From positions 256,001 through 320,000 of the forward strand of contig CAVTRY010000016.1 in the NCBI GenBank assembly GCA_963737265.1: 64,000 nt of DNA. Reading direction: 5' to 3'. Each line of letters starts with the position of its first letter. Position 1 is the first letter of the stretch. The DNA is from an uncultured delta proteobacterium (GTDB lineage Bacteria; Myxococcota_A; Polyangia; Fen-1088). This document shows positions 63,093 to 64,000 of the stretch, in pieces. Position numbers and translations under genes: made by a program. Below the pieces are notes generated by a model, which did no database searches, had not been told where the DNA came from, and worked only from the letters and a program-made list of their open reading frames with translations.

Positions 63093-64000
63093 CGGATGTT
63101 GTATTCCTTCGTGATTTGCTGGCCGTTCCGCTCCATGCCGAGGGAGAGGTGACTGGCCGACTTGAGCTTGGCGTAGACCTCCAGCGCCTTTTCCGGGCTC
63201 GTGATTTCAAGCCCGTTGATGGAGGAGATGATGTCGCCGTTCTGCATACCGATCATGGCGAAGGGCCCCTCGGGACGAACCGCGAACAAGCGGAAGCCGG
63301 CGGCCTTGCCGTCCTTCATTTCGGGAACGATGCGCGCCGAGCGCGACAAGAGCGCCATATTGCCGAGCACCGATTCAAGCGTGCCGCGCTGAAGCTCGTA
63401 CTTGTGTTCGGCCAGTTTCTTGATACCGCGGGCGAGCTCCTGCGAAAATGGATCCTCGGGCTTGACCACCACAGCCGCCTTGTCCGGAGGAAGGGGCGGC
63501 GCTTCGAACAGGTCGATGTATTCGGCCTTGCCCGCGTTGTCGAGATAGACACGCGTTTGGAGGATTCCCGTGACGGTGGCGTCGTGGATCTTGCTGCCCA
63601 CCGGATACGCTCCCATGGTCTTGTACTCGGTATCGCGCATCACCGCGACGGACCACTTGATGCCGTTGGGCGGCGGCGCGTACATGATGGCCAGCAAGGC
63701 GATGGGCAGGGCCGTTTTCACTTCAACTTCGGTGGTGGTTTCGGTGCCGGTCGGAATGTCCTCGTCGAGAATGGGCGGGCAGGTCGAACAAAAGATGTTG
63801 CGCCTGAGAATTGCCCGGGGATCCTTGTTGAAAGCCGGTTTGCTGTCCGTCTTCGGCGGCTTGGCCGGCGCCAGACGCACCGTGGCGGGCGTGCTCGCAA
63901 GCTTCGATTCCACGGCTCCAGACGCGGCCATGCCAAGAAAGGTCGCGCAAAGAGCGACCACGACAAGGTCTACAGCCCAGAGATATTTTCGCAGCAGGGT
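63089..64000 (-). CDS. gspC: Type II secretion protein C, 5'-partial
   Basis: RRNIFCS, ARIVP, GFRLFAVRP, PDZ-like GDIISSING; frame open to the window edge. Confidence 0.88.
   Translation of the reverse strand, partial: TLLRKYLWAVDLVVVALCATFLGMAASGAVESKLASTPATVRLAPAKPPKTDSKPAFNKDPRAILRRNIFCSTCPPILDEDIPTGTETTTEVEVKTALPIALLAIMYAPPPNGIKWSVAVMRDTEYKTMGAYPVGSKIHDATVTGILQTRVYLDNAGKAEYIDLFEAPPLPPDKAAVVVKPEDPFSQELARGIKKLAEHKYELQRGTLESVLGNMALLSRSARIVPEMKDGKAAGFRLFAVRPEGPFAMIGMQNGDIISSINGLEITSPEKALEVYAKLKSASHLSLGMERNGQQITKEYNIR

Overview
High-GC bacterial DNA whose gene content and protein style point to Myxococcota (inference). In order: the 3' end of a phosphate operon (pstB, phoU); an arsenic operon (arsR, arsC, acr3); ettA, a lipid kinase, a macro-domain protein and etfBA; an ~8 kb mobile zone (10.1-18.3 kb); a MoxR/DUF58/transglutaminase trio; a surface protein fused to a beta-barrel; truA, a nitroreductase, an interrupted LOG gene, plsC/pssA, an M23 peptidase, zapA and a PilZ protein; tRNA-Lys and tRNA-Glu; a B12 radical SAM enzyme and a GNAT; two vapBC modules; a sugar symporter divergent from a GH94 phosphorylase; a ~1,960-aa Cys-rich repeat lipoprotein; an OmpA/TSP3 protein; and a type II secretion cluster gspC-N (gspC cut by the window edge). 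The most unusual part is the mobile zone. A Y1-HUH (RAYT-like) transposase gene, split by an IS21 with a 6-bp target duplication, lies between inverted ends with core ACCGA(C/G)GGTAGTT. Each end is reiterated outward as a head-to-tail array with a fixed outer edge and variable inner truncation. Three copies of a ~93-bp miniature element share the same end core, and truncated gene fragments abut the arrays. Separately, a ~100-bp three-hairpin element occurs three times and cleanly splits the LOG gene. Several single-base frameshifts (phoU, arsC, istA, gspD) suggest consensus errors, so the repeat structures need read-level confirmation. All calls are by eye; no searches were run.
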